A stretch of 62,436 nucleotides of DNA, counting the filler. It is 8 parts of 8 records of this genome, joined end to end, with 100 filler letters (N's around TTAATTAATTAA, not from the genome) between each part and the next. Parts side by side here need not be neighbours in the genome. Positions count along the whole stretch, not along the records: positions 57,088 to 62,436 come from SRR31156797_29116; 7 more parts are not named here. The stretch is one strand, 5' to 3'. The notes under the pieces are model-generated. The model did not search any database. It was not told the origin of the DNA and worked only from the letters and a program-made list of their open reading frames with translations. How positions within the stretch are numbered: position 1 is the stretch's first letter; each line of letters opens with the position of its first letter. The translations under genes were made by a program, and so were the position numbers. Positions 61,848-62,436 of this stretch are shown piece after piece.

Positions 61848-62436
61848 ATGGAAGAAAAAGTATTACAAACGCAAATAGCAGAATTGAACCAGAAGGTTGA
61901 TTTGTTGCTCGATTATGTAAATCAACAACGATTAAAAACTAATCAGCTTGAAGATTTGATGGCCGACTTGTCGATTGTGGGCAAAGATATGTACGACACT
62001 GCAGTTGAAGAACTGGATAATAGAATGGTAAATATCGATCCGGAGGAGGTAAAAGGACTGATGCTTCGTGCTTTACGCAATATCGAAAACATGAATAACT
62101 TTTTAGAATTGTTTGAGAGTATAAACGATTTTATAAAAGATGCTACACCTCTTGTTAACGAGGCAATTATCGATTTTAGTAAAAAACTGCATGAATTTGA
62201 TGAAAAAGGATATTTTGGGTTTTTCGCTGAAGCAGGGAATATTCTCGACAATGTTATAACGCATTACAGCCCTGAAGATGTAAAAGATTTAGCTGATAAC
62301 ATCGTAACAATCATGGATACTGTTCGTTCGGCTACTCAACCCGAAATGATGAAAGCCCTGAACAATGGATTGAAGGTTTATGGCAGTATTGAAACGGACA
62401 ACGTGCCTGAATACTCGGTATTTAAGGTAATGCGGG
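61848..62436 (+). CDS. DUF1641-like helical protein (3' truncated, absent from the ORF track)
   Basis: Open frame MEEKVLQTQIAELNQKVDLLL...DEKGYFGF...LADNIVTIMDTVR..TQPE running off the window end. Confidence 0.7.
   Translation, partial: MEEKVLQTQIAELNQKVDLLLDYVNQQRLKTNQLEDLMADLSIVGKDMYDTAVEELDNRMVNIDPEEVKGLMLRALRNIENMNNFLELFESINDFIKDATPLVNEAIIDFSKKLHEFDEKGYFGFFAEAGNILDNVITHYSPEDVKDLADNIVTIMDTVRSATQPEMMKALNNGLKVYGSIETDNVPEYSVFKVMR

Overview
The window is not one genome. It holds eight unrelated contigs joined by identical 100-bp N spacers containing TTAATTAATTAA, so adjacency across spacers is meaningless. Host assignments are inferred from gene content and composition only. (1) 1-11546, Methanosarcinaceae-like archaeon: trpCBA preceded by tandem TGTACA TRP boxes, the S19e-L39e-L31e-aIF6-LX-prefoldin-ftsY cluster and purA. 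(2) 11647-18603, Desulfobacterales-like: a 1819-aa hybrid kinase with four periplasmic binding domains. (3) 18704-23964: two CotH-kinase genes upstream of an HlyD-like adaptor fused to a DUF3616-like domain and a probable TolC-like gene. (4) 24065-29443, Desulfovibrionaceae: terC, cooA, a CooA box and a D. vulgaris-type cooS. (5) 29544-40897, AT-rich Firmicutes-like accessory island: dead serine recombinase, DUF3800-like protein, HNH-like protein and a 1367-aa YobI/KAP NTPase, with repeated junction motifs. (6) 40998-46237, Desulfovibrionaceae: MCP, SLOG-like protein and a tRNA-Pro 5' half. (7) 46338-56987, Desulfobacterota-like: iorAB, hydrolases, a DnaJ-DUF1232 fusion, a coupled P-loop kinase plus Thg1-like pair and a Ser/Thr proline-racemase-family enzyme. 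(8) 57088-62436, Bacteroidota-like: tRNA-His 3' half, hybrid kinase, mobA, Crp/Fnr and SQR-DUF1641. The best candidates for undescribed systems are the island in segment 5, the CotH/HlyD/TolC-like operon and the kinase-Thg1 pair. No CRISPR array or rRNA was seen. Family calls come from motif recognition, not database searches.
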